DNA of 62,010 nucleotides, filler included, from Nemertoderma westbladi (Eukaryota > Animalia > Xenacoelomorpha), in NCBI GenBank assembly GCA_032718475.1. It is 3 parts of 3 records of this genome, joined end to end, with 100 filler letters (N's around TTAATTAATTAA, not from the genome) between each part and the next. Parts side by side here need not be neighbours in the genome. Positions count along the whole stretch, not along the records: positions 44,822 to 62,010 come from JAUCBJ010007853.1; 2 more parts are not named here. One strand, 5' to 3'. Every line of letters starts with the position of its first letter. The first letter of the stretch is position 1. Made by a program: the position numbers and the translations under genes. The notes beneath the pieces are model-generated. The model worked only from the letters and a program-made list of their open reading frames with translations. It searched no databases and was not told the DNA's origin. Positions 60,788-62,010 of the stretch are shown here, one piece after another.

Positions 60788-62010
60788 CGATGGTAACCGG
60801 ATGGGAGAACAATCCGATAACGCCGTTGTAATAAACCGATTATGATTAATATTGAAGTAGTTAAATCATTGACGGATGAAAGAGGGAGGGGTGGAGGGAG
60901 GGAGGGGGGAGTGGGGAGGGAGGGAGGGGGGGCGAGATGAGAGATGATAATTATAGTTAAACCTTTCAATTGCTTACAAATTTTCAGCTTCGCTTGCGCA
61001 TTTTGCATCAATTTGCGATATTTATATTAATTTTGCAAAATTCCGCTCGCTATTCTAAAGTTCCCCTCTATTCAATTAAATTGTTCAGGATATTGTTACC
61101 CCCACCCCAGCACTATGAGTAATAAAACCCTAACTAGTTGTGAATTGGCGACTATTTTGGTTTCATTTTGTGACATATTACTAACCGCTACGAAATATTT
61201 GCGTATCAAATTTAATTCTTTCAACACGAAGTTTATTTTTACCTTATAGATTGGTTTTATTATTTTGGTTAGGGATAGTTAGACCATGACTAATTGTTAG
61301 GTTTATATGGCAGTTATATTATGAGCATTATATTATTAAATTTTGTTATTGTAAGTTTTAAATTTTCTAATTTTTTATTTTATATGGGAAGCTTTTAAAA
61401 GGTCAGCATTTTTAACCAACTAAAGTATACAATAATAATACAGTATATTTTGACGCATTAATTTAATATGAAATACCATTATTTAATTAGCTTTTTGCTT
61501 TGTAATACTGAACAAGGTAGCATTAGTTAAATAAAATGTAGTAGTACTTAATTATACTGCTGTACTAACAACATTTATTATTATATTTACACACTTTTAA
61601 AATTAAATTTGCATTATATATATATCAATCATCTATTTTTTGCTGTCACTAATCTCGTAGATAAGGAATATGGTCGGCCTACTACTCTGGTGTCGTTGTC
61701 CTACAAGTAATGGATCAAGGGGAGAGTCCCAGTCGAGGGTTTGATATGCAGGAAGGCGGTAGGAGTAGCAATCAAGAATGAAGAACACAGGTTGATAGTT
61801 TACAGTAATACAATTAGATCACACGAATGAAATACTACAGTAGGTTAATTTCACACTAATAAGCTTAGCACGAAGGGTAAATTAGCACCAAAGAGGTGAG
61901 GAGATGTTCAAACACCAGTAGTCAATACTGGTACCGGTTACAGTAGCACTAATACCATAACATCAATGATCCATCATAATACAAGGAATGTCGTGGTGTA
62001 CAGCGTACAG

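Overview
AT-rich, repeat-dense eukaryotic nuclear DNA, most likely an invertebrate animal (inferred from a Tie-like receptor tyrosine kinase and metazoan-type TEs). It is a scaffold of three contigs joined by two synthetic 100-nt N/TTAATTAATTAA linkers. Two intact host genes are supported: an intronless CNOT4 (5844-7880) and a nearly intronless receptor tyrosine kinase with a 3xSRCR-2xFN3-TM-Tie-like kinase architecture (57069-59857, plus a last exon missed by the ORF track at about 60622-60787). The rest is mostly mobile DNA. It includes a very young full-length Gypsy LTR element that splits a tandem SGNH-hydrolase-like ORF, a Penelope-like insertion with two inverted minimal hammerhead ribozyme motifs, and a relic pairing a transposase-type HTH N-terminus with a convergent HECT E3-ligase-like ORF (IS3EU-like). 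It also holds an internally deleted RTE LINE and other RTE fragments, two tRNA-derived SINEs, several MITE/foldback elements with readable TSDs, a pogo-type transposase fragment and many minisatellites. Family assignments come from motif recognition by eye; no database search was run.
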